Notes under the pieces: model-generated | Told to the model about the DNA's origin: nothing | Seen by the model: the letters and a program-made list of their open reading frames with translations, nothing else | The model's database searches: none | Shown: positions 27,291 to 39,255 of the stretch, piece after piece | Position numbering within the stretch: the stretch's first letter is position 1 | How the letters are laid out: each line of letters starts with the position of its first letter | Source: an uncultured Candidatus Sumerlaeota bacterium | Lineage (GTDB): Bacteria > Sumerlaeota > Sumerlaeia > MWCT01 > JAUWMI01 | Direction: 5' to 3' | DNA length: 64,000 nt | Assembly (NCBI GenBank): GCA_964454265.1 | Contig: CAYVXD010000002.1 | Coordinates: forward strand, 888-64,887 | Program-made: the position numbers and the translations under genes

Positions 27291-27659
27291 TCACCCGAGA
27301 ATCTTTTTAAGAATGGCCTCAACGCGGGGTGGCTCGAATGGCTTCATTATGTAATCCACTGCTCCGGCCTCCATGGCCTGCTCGACGGAATCCGCGTGAG
27401 AGGCTGCTGAAAGCATGACAATAGGAATGTGGCTGGTGTTCTCGTCTGCTTTCAGCTGTTTGCAGACTTCAAATCCATTGATAACAGGCATCATAATGTC
27501 AAGCAAGATTAAGTCGGGCTTTTCGGCTTTTACTTTGTCCAAGGTATCAAGGCCGTCGTAGGAGGTCACTACATCATAGCCCTTTGATTCAAGATAGAGT
27601 TTGATGACGGTCTTGATATCTTCCTCGTCATCCGCAAGAAGAATCTTTTTCTTTCCCAT
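27291..27659 (-). CDS. Single-domain response regulator (CheY-like receiver)
   Basis: KKILLADDEEDIKTVIKLYLESKGYDVVTSYDGLDTLDKVKAEKPDLILLDIMMP. The start is taken at ATG 27659 with GGAG 6 nt upstream; the ORF-track start 27728 is less likely. Confidence 0.8.
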   Translation of the reverse strand: MGKKKILLADDEEDIKTVIKLYLESKGYDVVTSYDGLDTLDKVKAEKPDLILLDIMMPVINGFEVCKQLKADENTSHIPIVMLSAASHADSVEQAMEAGAVDYIMKPFEPPRVEAILKKILG

Positions 27660-27755
27660 AGCTTGACTCCTTTCGTGGCCGGATGGGCAGCTCTGGCTGT
27701 CCCATAGGCTCAGAAGATCATTGGCCACACTTGGGCCCTCTAAGATTAGTCCCTG

Positions 27756-29363
27756 TTAATCTGTCAGGGGTAGTGTAATGAGGAATTCTGTTCCTTTCTT
27801 AGACGAGTCGACGAGCTCAATGTTTCCGTTGTGCATATTGATAACGGCTTTTGCAATGTACAACCCAAGACCAGCTCCCCCCCATTGTCGGCTAATTGAG
27901 TTGTCAACCTGGTAGAACTTCTTGAAGATTTTCTCTTTATGACTCTTATCGACCCCGATGCCGGTATCTTGAACGCTAATTCTAACCTTGTTCTCGGTAA
28001 TAGAAGTTTTAACTCTAATTCGGCCTTTGGAAGGTGTGAATTTCACGGCATTGTCCAGCAGGTTGTGTATCACCTGTCCGATGCGTTTATCGTCAAGGGC
28101 CATAGGCGGGATAGAATTGGGGTGCCGCACGGCCAGGTGGATCTTCTTTTTCCGAGCGACCGCACGAAAGGGCTCAACGGCGGAATTAATCATCTCTTGA
28201 AGATCAGTGGGAACTCGTTGAATCGCGAAGGTCTGGTTTTCAATATGTGTAACGTCAAGCAGATTGTTGACGAGGGTGGTAAGACGATTTGCGTTATTGT
28301 GAATAATGTAAAGCAGCTCGCTCTGTGTGGGGGAGAGATGCAAGGGAGGGTTTTCCTTGAGGAGATGAAGCGCACCTGTGATTGGAGTCAGGGGGGTACG
28401 CAGTTCATGCGAGACCATTGACATAAAATTAGATTTCAGCTGGTCAATCTGCTTAAGCTCAGCAATCTCGCGACGCAACGAAAGATCCGTAAGAATCATC
28501 ATGGTTTCTCTCGGCTTTAGCGGTGCACTGGCGAGCGGAACTATTGTCACCCGCATAGGGGTCGATGATCCGGCGGAGCGGGTGAGAAGATCCAGTTCAA
28601 TTTCCTGGTGGCTCTTGGTCCTTAGGCTTTTAGACATCATTGAATTGAGCACAGTCGCAGTCTTTTTGTCTATGAAACTGGAGAGAGATTTTTGCTTGGC
28701 CCGGACCGGTGTGCACCCCAAGAGAGAAGCCGCCCGCTGATTGCAATGTGTAATGACATGGTCACCGTTGATTGTTATGATGCCAACGTCGAGGCTTTCT
28801 ATCATGTCGGCCAAACGCTTTTTGGCATTTTGTGAGAGGACAAACAGCCGAGTATTCTCCAGCAAGAGAGCGAGCAGACCGGCAATCGCCTGAAGCAGAT
28901 CAAGGTCGTGAGGGGTGAAGGCCTCGCGCGTGACCTTATTAGCCACATTGATGACGCCAGGCGCGTGTCCCTTGCCGTGGAGAGGGAGGAGGGGGATGCT
29001 TATAAAGGAGTGGGTAGTATAGCGTCGCGAGGGTTGCTCGGTCAGCTCCAGCAGCTCGCGACGATTCTTAACGAGAACGGCTTTTCGGCGCGACAGCACC
29101 CTGCCCGCTATTCCATGGCCTGGCCGTATCCTAATTTTGGGCCACAGCCGCCGTGGGACGCCAGCAGCTGTCTTCACCTTAAGATACCCAGTTTTTGAAT
29201 CCATAATGAGAATTGAACAGCGTTTGACGTGGAGAAGGGATTGGATTAAACGAACAGTTTGTGAAAAAATCGCGTCAAGGTTTTTGCCGCTTGAAATCAT
29301 CTCGCTGATACATGCCAGGAGACCCAGGTATTGAGAATCAGCGGATGCGCGCCTGCCGGACAT
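27756..29363 (-). CDS. Sensor histidine kinase with GAF and PAS domains
   Basis: H-box SHELRTPLTPITGAL. N, G1 and G2 boxes are present (NLLDNAVKFTPSKGRI, QDTGIGV, GGAGLGLYIAK). Confidence 0.85.
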   Translation of the reverse strand: MSGRRASADSQYLGLLACISEMISSGKNLDAIFSQTVRLIQSLLHVKRCSILIMDSKTGYLKVKTAAGVPRRLWPKIRIRPGHGIAGRVLSRRKAVLVKNRRELLELTEQPSRRYTTHSFISIPLLPLHGKGHAPGVINVANKVTREAFTPHDLDLLQAIAGLLALLLENTRLFVLSQNAKKRLADMIESLDVGIITINGDHVITHCNQRAASLLGCTPVRAKQKSLSSFIDKKTATVLNSMMSKSLRTKSHQEIELDLLTRSAGSSTPMRVTIVPLASAPLKPRETMMILTDLSLRREIAELKQIDQLKSNFMSMVSHELRTPLTPITGALHLLKENPPLHLSPTQSELLYIIHNNANRLTTLVNNLLDVTHIENQTFAIQRVPTDLQEMINSAVEPFRAVARKKKIHLAVRHPNSIPPMALDDKRIGQVIHNLLDNAVKFTPSKGRIRVKTSITENKVRISVQDTGIGVDKSHKEKIFKKFYQVDNSISRQWGGAGLGLYIAKAVINMHNGNIELVDSSKKGTEFLITLPLTD

Positions 29364-29640
29364 AAAAATATGCCTTCAGTCGTTTTTCGTTTCAATTCAG
29401 GGACAACAGTAGCAGACGGCACGGCTGTTTGCAAGCACTTTGTCTCATGGGCCATATTTTCGGATTGATGGTTCACAGGGTATGGGTATGAACCAGGTAT
29501 GGGCGCGCTAGATTGAGGAAATTCTGGTTGACGTGGCCTACAAGGAGGCGGTAGATATCTGATTGATATCTTGGCGGGTCGCTCGACGGCTCGTTTTGAG
29601 ATGAAGATTGGAAGTGCGAGTGCAAACACTATAGCTCGGG

Positions 29641-30807
29641 TTGCGGGAGTCTGTGCTTGAATGTGCTGGCTCCGATAATGATCAAGGCAGAGGTGCACGA
29701 AAAGCCGTGGCGAAGACAGAATGTTTAGAGTGTTTGCGTCGGGCGGTGGCGGACAAGGGCGGGGCAGCTGCGTGGAGCCTGTTCAAAACCAAACAGGCAA
29801 AGGTAGACTTAACAAAGGCTGATCTTTCGAATCTTGATTTGCGCACGTTCAACCTGGCACAGGTGGATCTGGCAGGGGCGAATCTCTTCAATGCGGATCT
29901 ATCAGGGACCGATCTCTCTGAGGCGTCGCTAATGTACGCGGATTTGCGGCGGGCCAATCTGGCACATGCATTTTTAACGAAGGCGAATCTGGCGGTGGCG
30001 AATCTGCAGGGTGCAAATATGGTGGATGCCAATCTGGATTTTGCCAACTTGCGATCTGCGAAATTAGATGGGGCGTATTTGATGGGGGCTACTCTTGTTA
30101 AGGCGAACCTGGAAGGCGCTAATTTACGTGGGGCAAACCTGAAGTTTTCTAATCTCACTGGCGCGACGGTGACTGGTGCAGATGTTGAGGATGCTAATCT
30201 TTGTCACATACAGCTCAGTGACGAGATGATGCGGCAGTTTCGAAATTTTGACAAAGCCCTGGTGCCACTCAAAGGCCTCATGAAAAGGCCACTTAATCAG
30301 CGCAAGCTCTTGGCCGAGGAAAACTATGATGATCTGTTCACCGATGAGGATTGTTTTAAGATCCTTGGAGTTACACGAACCGCGACAATTGAGGAAATTG
30401 ACAAGGCCTATCGGGGCAAAGCGAAGGAATATCATCCGGATCTCGTGGGTCATCTCGGAGCGAAATTGAAGGTAGTGGCAGCACGCGAGTTTGAACGGAT
30501 CCAGATGGCTTACCACACGCTCTCGCGAAGGAGGACAAAGCCAATGATGGAGCTCGAGGCAGAGAACGGCCTGGGACTTCCTGAAAAGCGTGTAAAGGAC
30601 TATGCTATTGACGATTGGCTGACTGTTATTCAAATAGCTCCGAACAATGACCGTGCGCACTATAACCTGGGGATTAAGTATTTTGAAAGTGGCCTGGTTG
30701 AAATGGCAGTTCAGGCCTATCGGAAGGCGATTGATCTCAATCCGCATAATTACCAAGCTCTCCATAACCTGAAAATTGCCCTCCTCGTACAAACCTTATC
30801 ACCATAA
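29641..30807 (+). CDS. Pentapeptide-repeat protein fused to a DnaJ (J) domain and C-terminal TPR repeats
   Basis: ~30 pentapeptide units (ADLSNLDLRTFNLAQVDLAGANLFNADLSGTDLSEASL...). The J-domain reads DCFKILGVTRTATIEEIDKAYRGKAKEYHPDL, and TPR helices lie at the C-terminus. Confidence 0.75.
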   Translation: MRESVLECAGSDNDQGRGARKAVAKTECLECLRRAVADKGGAAAWSLFKTKQAKVDLTKADLSNLDLRTFNLAQVDLAGANLFNADLSGTDLSEASLMYADLRRANLAHAFLTKANLAVANLQGANMVDANLDFANLRSAKLDGAYLMGATLVKANLEGANLRGANLKFSNLTGATVTGADVEDANLCHIQLSDEMMRQFRNFDKALVPLKGLMKRPLNQRKLLAEENYDDLFTDEDCFKILGVTRTATIEEIDKAYRGKAKEYHPDLVGHLGAKLKVVAAREFERIQMAYHTLSRRRTKPMMELEAENGLGLPEKRVKDYAIDDWLTVIQIAPNNDRAHYNLGIKYFESGLVEMAVQAYRKAIDLNPHNYQALHNLKIALLVQTLSP

Positions 30808-31071
30808 TTTAGCATTTTTGCTATGGCGCTGTCGTGGGCTTTTGATCTCTACAGTCTTCCAGCGCATGGTGAAGAACTGCTTATACCCTTTTGCGAGAGA
30901 AATGACTGAAAATCAGAGAAGAAAAAGGGCGAACATCCGCCACGGCGGATTCGCCCCTACACAGCTATCTTACACGCCATTAAGCGTATTCATGCGGTAG
31001 TGGTGAAATGGTGCATGCCGTAGGGGCAGACCCGCGTGTCTGCCCTATGGATGGGGTGAGAGCGACAGATG

Positions 31072-32286
31072 TTAGGGGCGGGACTGTGGTGGGGCTAGGA
31101 GAATCTGTTTCTTTTGCCCTTCGACAATAACGGTGACCCTTTTTCTGCCCTTGATTGCCTGGAGGAGATCATTGCGCACGGTGGCGAACACGTAGTCTTC
31201 CACAGCGGGGCGAGCATCCTCGAATGTTAAACCAGTCGCAGGCCGGGCATCAGTGAGCTTCAGGATATGATAGCCGAACTGGGATTCAACGACCTTACTT
31301 ATTTTGCCCACCTTGAGTTCAAAAATGAGGGTATCAAGTGGTTTGGGAAGCGAGTTCACGGTCGTAAACCAGCCAATATCACCACCCCTATCTCTGGAAG
31401 GCGCATCGGAAGCCTTGGCAAGAGTGGCGAAGTCTTCCCCGGCCAGGGCACGCTGGCGCAGCGCTTTGATTTCATTGTAGAGGGTGTTTTTTTTCTTTTT
31501 CGTTTCATTACCCGAGAGTGCACGGAAAATGTGGCTGACGCGAACTTGCGGTGGGTTGATGAATTTCTTTGGCAAGGCGTTGTAAATCCCGCGCAGTTTA
31601 TCTTCGGGATAGGCCTGTGCCAGACGCGTCCGGATAAGCTTTTCCCCCAGGATCGCGTCGCGCATCTCGTTAAGGAATTCCGTTTTGGTCACACCCAGGC
31701 TCTTCAGTGCCTTGTCAACGTCTACCCGCGTCCCCGACGTTGATTGCAAAGCATCTATTTTCTGCTGGAGCTCAGCCGGCGTTACGGCAAACTCCTGTGC
31801 CTCCGCCTCATCAGCGAGAAGCGCAATGTCAACCCAGTCATCCAGAACCTTTGACTGATAGAATTCCTCGAGTGCCACCAGGTTTCGTCTGGAAAGGGTC
31901 TTGGCATGCTCCTGGGTAAGCTTTGCCACCCGTCGGGTCAGTTGCTCCTTCGTTAGACTCCGATTGCCGACAGTCCATTCCTTTGCATTATATACGAGCA
32001 GGCGCGAGCGCGGTCTCTTCGGCACTGATATGGGCTGGCGGATAGTGCCTGGAGTTCCTCTTTTCTTTGTGCTGAGAATCCTTTCGTCGGCGTGCGATAG
32101 CGGCGTCGCCACCAGCAGCGCTGCGATCAGGAGACAAACAATAGCGAATATGGAGCACATGGATTGTGCTCGAGTCGTTGCGTGCTGACTGCTAATGCAG
32201 CGGTGGGCGTATCGTTGTCGAGTACGTCCCCTGACAACTACCAGATCAACTCCGCGCCGTGACATGTTTTCACGCATTAGATTCAT
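31072..32286 (-). CDS. Peptidyl-prolyl cis-trans isomerase, SurA/PrsA-like (parvulin domain)
   Basis: C-terminal parvulin signature GGDIGWFTTVNSLPKPLDTLIFELKVGKISKVVESQFGYHILKL. An N-terminal signal/TM segment is present. Confidence 0.8.
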   Translation of the reverse strand: MNLMRENMSRRGVDLVVVRGRTRQRYAHRCISSQHATTRAQSMCSIFAIVCLLIAALLVATPLSHADERILSTKKRGTPGTIRQPISVPKRPRSRLLVYNAKEWTVGNRSLTKEQLTRRVAKLTQEHAKTLSRRNLVALEEFYQSKVLDDWVDIALLADEAEAQEFAVTPAELQQKIDALQSTSGTRVDVDKALKSLGVTKTEFLNEMRDAILGEKLIRTRLAQAYPEDKLRGIYNALPKKFINPPQVRVSHIFRALSGNETKKKKNTLYNEIKALRQRALAGEDFATLAKASDAPSRDRGGDIGWFTTVNSLPKPLDTLIFELKVGKISKVVESQFGYHILKLTDARPATGLTFEDARPAVEDYVFATVRNDLLQAIKGRKRVTVIVEGQKKQILLAPPQSRP

Positions 32287-32289
32287 ATT

Positions 32290-32577
32290 TCATTCCCCCT
32301 CTGTGTTTTCCGACGCTTGCCGATCTGTTGTGAGTTGCTCCGTGAGTATTGTTGCCAGGTTACTTGAGACTTCCAGAATTCCTGAAGCAATGGTAAAGTG
32401 TTGTTCCTGCTCGTTATGTTTGACCGTGATGCAGCCCTTTTTGAGAGTTGTGATCAGGGGCGCATGGTGTGCCAGTACTCCTAGATATCCGAGCTCGCCA
32501 GGCGCAATGAGAGACGTAACTGACCCGCTGAAGACGACCCGTTCCGGGGTGATAATGCGCAACTCGAATTCCGTCAT
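32290..32577 (-). CDS. atpC: ATP synthase F1 epsilon subunit
   Basis: MTEFELRIITPERVVFSGSVTSLIAPGELGYLGVLAHHAPLITTLKKG. It is separated from atpD by a ~4.2-kb insertion. Confidence 0.85.
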   Translation of the reverse strand: MTEFELRIITPERVVFSGSVTSLIAPGELGYLGVLAHHAPLITTLKKGCITVKHNEQEQHFTIASGILEVSSNLATILTEQLTTDRQASENTEGE

Positions 32578-32657
32578 GGCAGTGTGATCCTTTATTCGCG
32601 AATTCTTATTCTGTCTTCTTCAACGATCCAGAAATCTTATACTTCATTGTAGAGGCC

Positions 32658-32891
<234 letters not shown>

Positions 32892-33073
32892 TTATCTTCC
32901 TTCCATGGTCCTGTTCGGCGTGTTTCCCTTTTGCGATTCATCGCCCACTTCACGGACATCCGACTTGGCGTCAACGCGACGGAATTGTGACAGACGGATT
33001 TCTCCTAGCGGACTCGTCTCGAGACTCTCTCGGCGGTGGGAGAAGACGCACTTGGGTCGCCCCCATCGTGAAT

Positions 33074-34144
33074 TCAGATAACATCAATAACAAGCTCTTT
33101 CGTCACGCTGATCAGCAACAGAGCGAGAGTTATGAAATAATATCCCGTGGAGCTGATTGGAACCAGGTTTAGCATTCGCCTGCCAGGTCCGCACGTTGAG
33201 GTTTGGTTCGTAAGCCGCTCATCGAGAAAAATGGCAGAGTAAATAAAGATGATGGGCAGTGACAACCAGGGAAGCTCGCAAAGGAATGCAAAACCGATTA
33301 AGAGTGGAGCCTCCGCCACAGAAAAGTCCTGTGGTTTCCGCTGATGCAGAAACAGCGATAGCCCAATGAGGGCTACACCGGGTGGTATCGCCACCCAATC
33401 GCATTCGACTTCGAAACGTATCACAAACGCTCCCAGCACAATAATCCCAGCAAGCAGTGCTCCGCGCACAGCGGCAATCGAGAGGCACGCCGGAAGAACC
33501 GACCGGTGGCATCTCAAACTCCGTCTCAATTGCCAGGCGATCCCGTTAAGTAGAACAACCCCGAAAAGAGCGTAAGAAACGGCCGGGTTTAGGTAAGAGT
33601 GCAGAATGAACCCATTGGCGCTCACGTCACGGCATAGCATGAACAACAGAGGATACGACAGAAAACGAACGGTCCGGGGAAGTTCGGTTCGGAGAATGTT
33701 GGGGTTGCGCCACGAGAATCCATCTTTTACCGGAAGTGGGGAACGGAAGGGGAAAAGCAGCGGAACTCGGTTCGCATACTCCTCATATGTTCTCCCAAAC
33801 AGACTCCTCAGCGCAGTTTCTTCGCGGCGCATAGTAGGTAGGTACACAGCACACCACCAGACCGGGAACACGATCATCAGCAGCATAGAGCCGGACATCG
33901 CAACTATTGCTAAGTCAACGAAAATATTGCCGAGGTAGAAGGGGTGACGAACAAACCGATATGGGCCAGAGGTTGTGACGTCTCTATTCTGATGCAGGCA
34001 CCCCTTCGCCCACAGGCGAAGGGTGATTCCCACAAGCAGGAGTAAGGAGCCCACAGCAATACCAAAAGGCGTTACCTGACCGGCAAGCAGGCCAAGTATT
34101 ACTAGGTAGGTGCGAAATCCACCTCGATTACATGGCAAACGCAT
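33074..34144 (-). CDS. Multi-pass membrane protein with isoprenylcysteine carboxyl methyltransferase/PEMT-like domain
   Basis: YRFVRHPFYLGNIFVDLAI (ICMT/PEMT RHPxY motif) in the N-terminal third, followed by ~6 further TM helices. Confidence 0.6.
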   Translation of the reverse strand: MRLPCNRGGFRTYLVILGLLAGQVTPFGIAVGSLLLLVGITLRLWAKGCLHQNRDVTTSGPYRFVRHPFYLGNIFVDLAIVAMSGSMLLMIVFPVWWCAVYLPTMRREETALRSLFGRTYEEYANRVPLLFPFRSPLPVKDGFSWRNPNILRTELPRTVRFLSYPLLFMLCRDVSANGFILHSYLNPAVSYALFGVVLLNGIAWQLRRSLRCHRSVLPACLSIAAVRGALLAGIIVLGAFVIRFEVECDWVAIPPGVALIGLSLFLHQRKPQDFSVAEAPLLIGFAFLCELPWLSLPIIFIYSAIFLDERLTNQTSTCGPGRRMLNLVPISSTGYYFITLALLLISVTKELVIDVI

Positions 34145-34396
34145 GGCGCAGTCTCCTCACTTGCTTCTCCCGCCGAACTATGGTTTATATGCTTTTCGTA
34201 TAAGAACCTTTATGCAGCCAATGAGCGCTATAATACGATTGTCCTTCTCCGCCCATAAGTGATGTGATTGCAATGAAGTAGTGGCGACTTTCCATCCTTC
34301 TTGGGCGCTTATATGGTTTCCGTATAGCATCCATTTAGGCGTTCCTCTTTTTCATTTGGAACTCAATAATCAAGCTTGCCTTCAAACTCTTTTCTC

Positions 34397-34834
34397 TTAT
34401 TTGCCTTTCTTCCTGGTCTTTGCCTTTCTCAGGTATTTCAAATCAGCTTTATCCTGTTCCCTATTTGCTTTTTCCTTGTTCCTGATAAGATCATCGAGCG
34501 AAATATATGATACATTGGCTTCTCCGTATTTACCAGTTGTTCTTTTTGACCAGGCATCTTCAAAACTGCCGATGCCAGAAATACTACTCATTAAATCAAT
34601 CCGAACTGGCGCAACTCCCAGCTGCACGGTGAGGTCGGGATTATATAAGTCAGCGATAGTTAATCCGAGGTCGTATCCACGAAAGAATGCTCGGATGGCC
34701 TTCAGTATCCTGAGCGCAGATTCTGCTGTGGCTTCATGAAGGATATGGATGTTTTTCGTTGCCCTCGGTCTTGCATAGAAAGCGACAGCATGAGCTCCGA
34801 CAATCAAGAACTTAACGCCATTTGCGTTTAACAA
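34397..34834 (-). CDS. Hypothetical protein, possibly a degenerate minimal nucleotidyltransferase-fold toxin-antitoxin component
   Basis: 145 aa. VKFLIVGAHAVAFYARPRATKNIHIL resembles the G-S/H...D-x-D core of minimal nucleotidyltransferases with the acidic residues replaced. It overlaps the upstream small ORF by 23 nt. Confidence 0.35.
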   Translation of the reverse strand: MLNANGVKFLIVGAHAVAFYARPRATKNIHILHEATAESALRILKAIRAFFRGYDLGLTIADLYNPDLTVQLGVAPVRIDLMSSISGIGSFEDAWSKRTTGKYGEANVSYISLDDLIRNKEKANREQDKADLKYLRKAKTRKKGK

Positions 34835-35069
34835 TTCGAAAAACTCTTCGTAGTCTTGGTGTGCTATTCGCCCCCCTTGTCTTTAGACATCCTAATAAAC
34901 ATGAATCCACAGAGTTAACTCGGTCTTCTGGAGAAAGGCCCTCAAGCCAGAAACGAAAATCTTCTTCTTCGGCCTCGGCCTTAGGCACAACCCTCGCCTT
35001 CCACTTTTTCCCATGTTTGTCTATGCTACTTCCACGTTCCATCATAAGTAGACCCCTTAAGAGCACCAC
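34812..35069 (-). CDS. Small hypothetical protein, putative partner of 34397..34834
   Basis: 85 aa (likely start at internal MERGSS). Its FRFWLEGLSPEDRVNSV C-terminus resembles small antitoxin-like proteins. Confidence 0.3.
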   Translation of the reverse strand: MVLLRGLLMMERGSSIDKHGKKWKARVVPKAEAEEEDFRFWLEGLSPEDRVNSVDSCLLGCLKTRGANSTPRLRRVFRIVKRKWR

Positions 35070-35739
35070 AAGTTCTAACCGAATTCCTGATGCTAGTTAC
35101 AAAGATAAATATCAGAGTACATATTATTGAATCACCCAACGTCAAGGTTGAGCGGTTTTATCCGCCCCAACCGTTTGTTGAGTATTTTTCCTCTGCAATT
35201 CAATCTTCCACCATTTCGTAGTATTGTAAAGCAATCCTTCCTTTTCTCGGGAGGGTGCAAGATGCAAGCCGACACACAATACAAACAACAAAAATGATAT
35301 TATTACGCCAATAAAGCAAATAGACCTTCTTCTTCGTATCGCACCTACAACGGTTATGATCGGAGCAACGATGAGTAATATCCACGCGATTATCTAGCCC
35401 GTTCTAGTGAAATAGGTTAATGTCATTAATTGACCAGCAAGAACTGCGCATATAATAAAGATTATCGAAGTCGTTATCATTATGGAATTCTTGGTCTTCA
35501 TTTTCGCTACTCAACTATTGTTTATATAGATCCGTATAAGAACCCAAATCATGCAAATCTATCAGTATAACACTCCTGTTAATCTCCTTTCTTTTCTTTT
35601 CAACGTTCCGTGCTCACTCGTGTCTTGTAGCTGGTGATTTTATATGGGTCCGGATAATACCCGATTGCAATTCACAAGAGATGTAAGGTGTCCGCTGGGC
35701 TACGAACGCCTCGGGTAATGATGTCCGTTGGATTTATTG

Positions 35740-36078
35740 TTAGCTGCCTAGTATATCTTCAACCTCATTTCGAAGAGTTGGCATACTATCCTTTATGGCA
35801 GACCAGACCGTTGCATCGTCAATGATGTCATAACCATGGACAAGGACGTTGCGAAAACCGATAATCTTCTGATGACCGGTAATTTTGTCTATTATTTCTG
35901 GGTGCTCTCTTTTTAATCTTCTCAACGCCTCGCCAATCACAAGGAATTTGCGCTCTACAGCGGCCTTCACCATGGAATTGTCAGAATATTCTTCAAAACC
36001 CATGTCATGAGTGAATTCTTTGATTTCATCGCACGCCTGTTTAATATCGAAGAGGTAAGCTTTGGGCTCATGATCCAT
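35740..36078 (-). CDS. hepT: HepT-like HEPN (DUF86) RNase toxin
   Basis: GFRNVLVHGYDIIDDATVW is the Rx4HxY HEPN motif. It overlaps the mntA-like gene by 11 nt. Confidence 0.8.
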   Translation of the reverse strand: MDHEPKAYLFDIKQACDEIKEFTHDMGFEEYSDNSMVKAAVERKFLVIGEALRRLKREHPEIIDKITGHQKIIGFRNVLVHGYDIIDDATVWSAIKDSMPTLRNEVEDILGS

Positions 36079-36367
36079 ATATTCGCACCTTGTCTCGATG
36101 TAAGCTTCTTTTAACGTAAGGATTTTTCACTGCGCTTTCCTGAATGACATCAACTTGCCTTCCTAAATGCTGCTCCAGTCGCATTTTCAGTTCAAAGTAG
36201 CGGTCGAAGAGCCTGTCGAAACCAACAAACTCTACGAGGACATCAATATCGCTTCTTTCATGTTGGAAATCATGTCTTGATGCTGAGCCAACGAGATCGA
36301 GGCGCTTCACCCGAAGATCCCTGCAAATTTTTTCGATGACCTGTTTGTGATCTTCTATTTTAAACAT
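36068..36367 (-). CDS. mntA: MntA-like minimal nucleotidyltransferase antitoxin
   Basis: LDLVGSASRHDFQHERSDIDVLVEF (GSxxRG ... DxD). Confidence 0.8.
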   Translation of the reverse strand: MFKIEDHKQVIEKICRDLRVKRLDLVGSASRHDFQHERSDIDVLVEFVGFDRLFDRYFELKMRLEQHLGRQVDVIQESAVKNPYVKRSLHRDKVRIYGS

Positions 36368-36809
36368 CTTCTCTTGCTCTTCCTTCTACACCTAACTATT
36401 GATTATATGGTTTCCGTATAGGAACCTTTGTATGTTTTTCTGTCGGTATAATACTCCTTGACTCAGCAAAATGTAAAACTAAATCTGTCTTTTATCGAAG
36501 CTTCCTTTGCGGTGCGATGCACGAAGCGAGCTATTCCAATTTTCTGATGCCCCTTTCCCCGCCTGATAATCCCAACAGACTTAGAGCCTATCCCAAAAAT
36601 TCTGTCTTCCACAATGTCATTCTGAGAATCTCGCCGTCTTGAGATGCTTCACTCCGTTCAGCATGACAATTTTGGGATAGCCTCTTAGACCTGCTATTTG
36701 ACCCAGCTAGTCTGCGCCAGTATCGAAAATAGGGTACAGTCCACGCGCTCGTTCCTCGCTTGGGACAGTCCCCAATTTTTATCTCCCTCATTTCAAATAT
36801 GCCGAAGCA

Positions 36810-38288
<1,479 letters not shown>

Positions 38289-39170
38289 TTAGTGTTTCAT
38301 TAGTGCCTCGGTCCCGTGAATGATGTCGAGCAGTTCCTTCGTGATCGATGCCTGACGCGCCTTGTTGAGCTTTAGCGTCAGCGTATCCACCAGATCCTCG
38401 CAGTTTTTCGTAGCATTGTTCATGGCTATCATCCGCGCACTATGCTCGGCGGTTAGACTTTCCGCAAGGGCGATTGTCACACGTGCCTTCACGTATTGCG
38501 GCACGAGCTGTTCGACTACGCGATCCATCGTTGGCTCGACGATGTAATCAATTTCGGCCCTATCGGAGTGCCCGGATTCGGGCAACCCGGCAGCTGATTC
38601 AATGGGGAGAAGCTGCTCCACTATGGGCTTACCTGTTAAGCGTGTCACAAAGGTTGTATAGAGTAAGTAAACAGCATCAGCCGCTCCGCTGACAAATTGT
38701 GTAAGCAAGAATTGGGCGATAGGTGTGGCCTGGCCAAGATCAAGTCGTTGGCTGAGATCCGTCCATTGCCTGATAATAGTCTGCTCATGTCGGGAAAAGT
38801 AGCGAGCCCCCTTCTTGCCAATACAGACCATAGCCGTGCTTGCTGCCGTAAGTTCTTCGAGAAATGCATTTGCCCGAGTAATGATTGTGCTGTTAAAAGC
38901 ACCACATAATCCGCGGTCGCCGGTAATGACGAGGAGAATGACACGCCGTGCCTCCCGCGGAGCAAAAAATACATAATTCTGCATCTGGGGCGCAGCGGTC
39001 AGCCGGACAAGAAGATCCTGGAAGTGCTTGGCGTAAGGGCGCGCAGCGAACAAAATAGCCTCGATGCGTCTGAGCTTTGATGCGGAGATCATGCCCATTG
39101 CACGTGTCATTTGCTTTGTATTCTGCACCGAGCGAATTCGACGTCGTAGCTGTCTGAATGATTCTGGCAT
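38289..39170 (-). CDS. atpG: ATP synthase F1 gamma subunit
   Basis: 293 aa. MPESFRQLRRRIRSVQNTKQMTRAMGMISASKLRR is the gamma N-terminal signature. Confidence 0.9.
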   Translation of the reverse strand: MPESFRQLRRRIRSVQNTKQMTRAMGMISASKLRRIEAILFAARPYAKHFQDLLVRLTAAPQMQNYVFFAPREARRVILLVITGDRGLCGAFNSTIITRANAFLEELTAASTAMVCIGKKGARYFSRHEQTIIRQWTDLSQRLDLGQATPIAQFLLTQFVSGAADAVYLLYTTFVTRLTGKPIVEQLLPIESAAGLPESGHSDRAEIDYIVEPTMDRVVEQLVPQYVKARVTIALAESLTAEHSARMIAMNNATKNCEDLVDTLTLKLNKARQASITKELLDIIHGTEALMKH

Positions 39171-39228
39171 TGTTTAAGGCACCTAACAGAAAGAGATGCC
39201 AAGCCGCACCGAGAATTAAATTCGGTTT

Positions 39229-39255
39229 GTAGGGGCGGGGTCACCCCGCCCCTAC
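39229..39255. repeat. Perfect 12-bp-stem palindrome GTAGGGGCGGGG-TCA-CCCCGCCCCTAC overlapping the atpA stop codon
   Basis: The loop TCA is the rev-comp of the atpA TGA stop. The same 12-mer starts a second hairpin at 44746. Confidence 0.8.
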
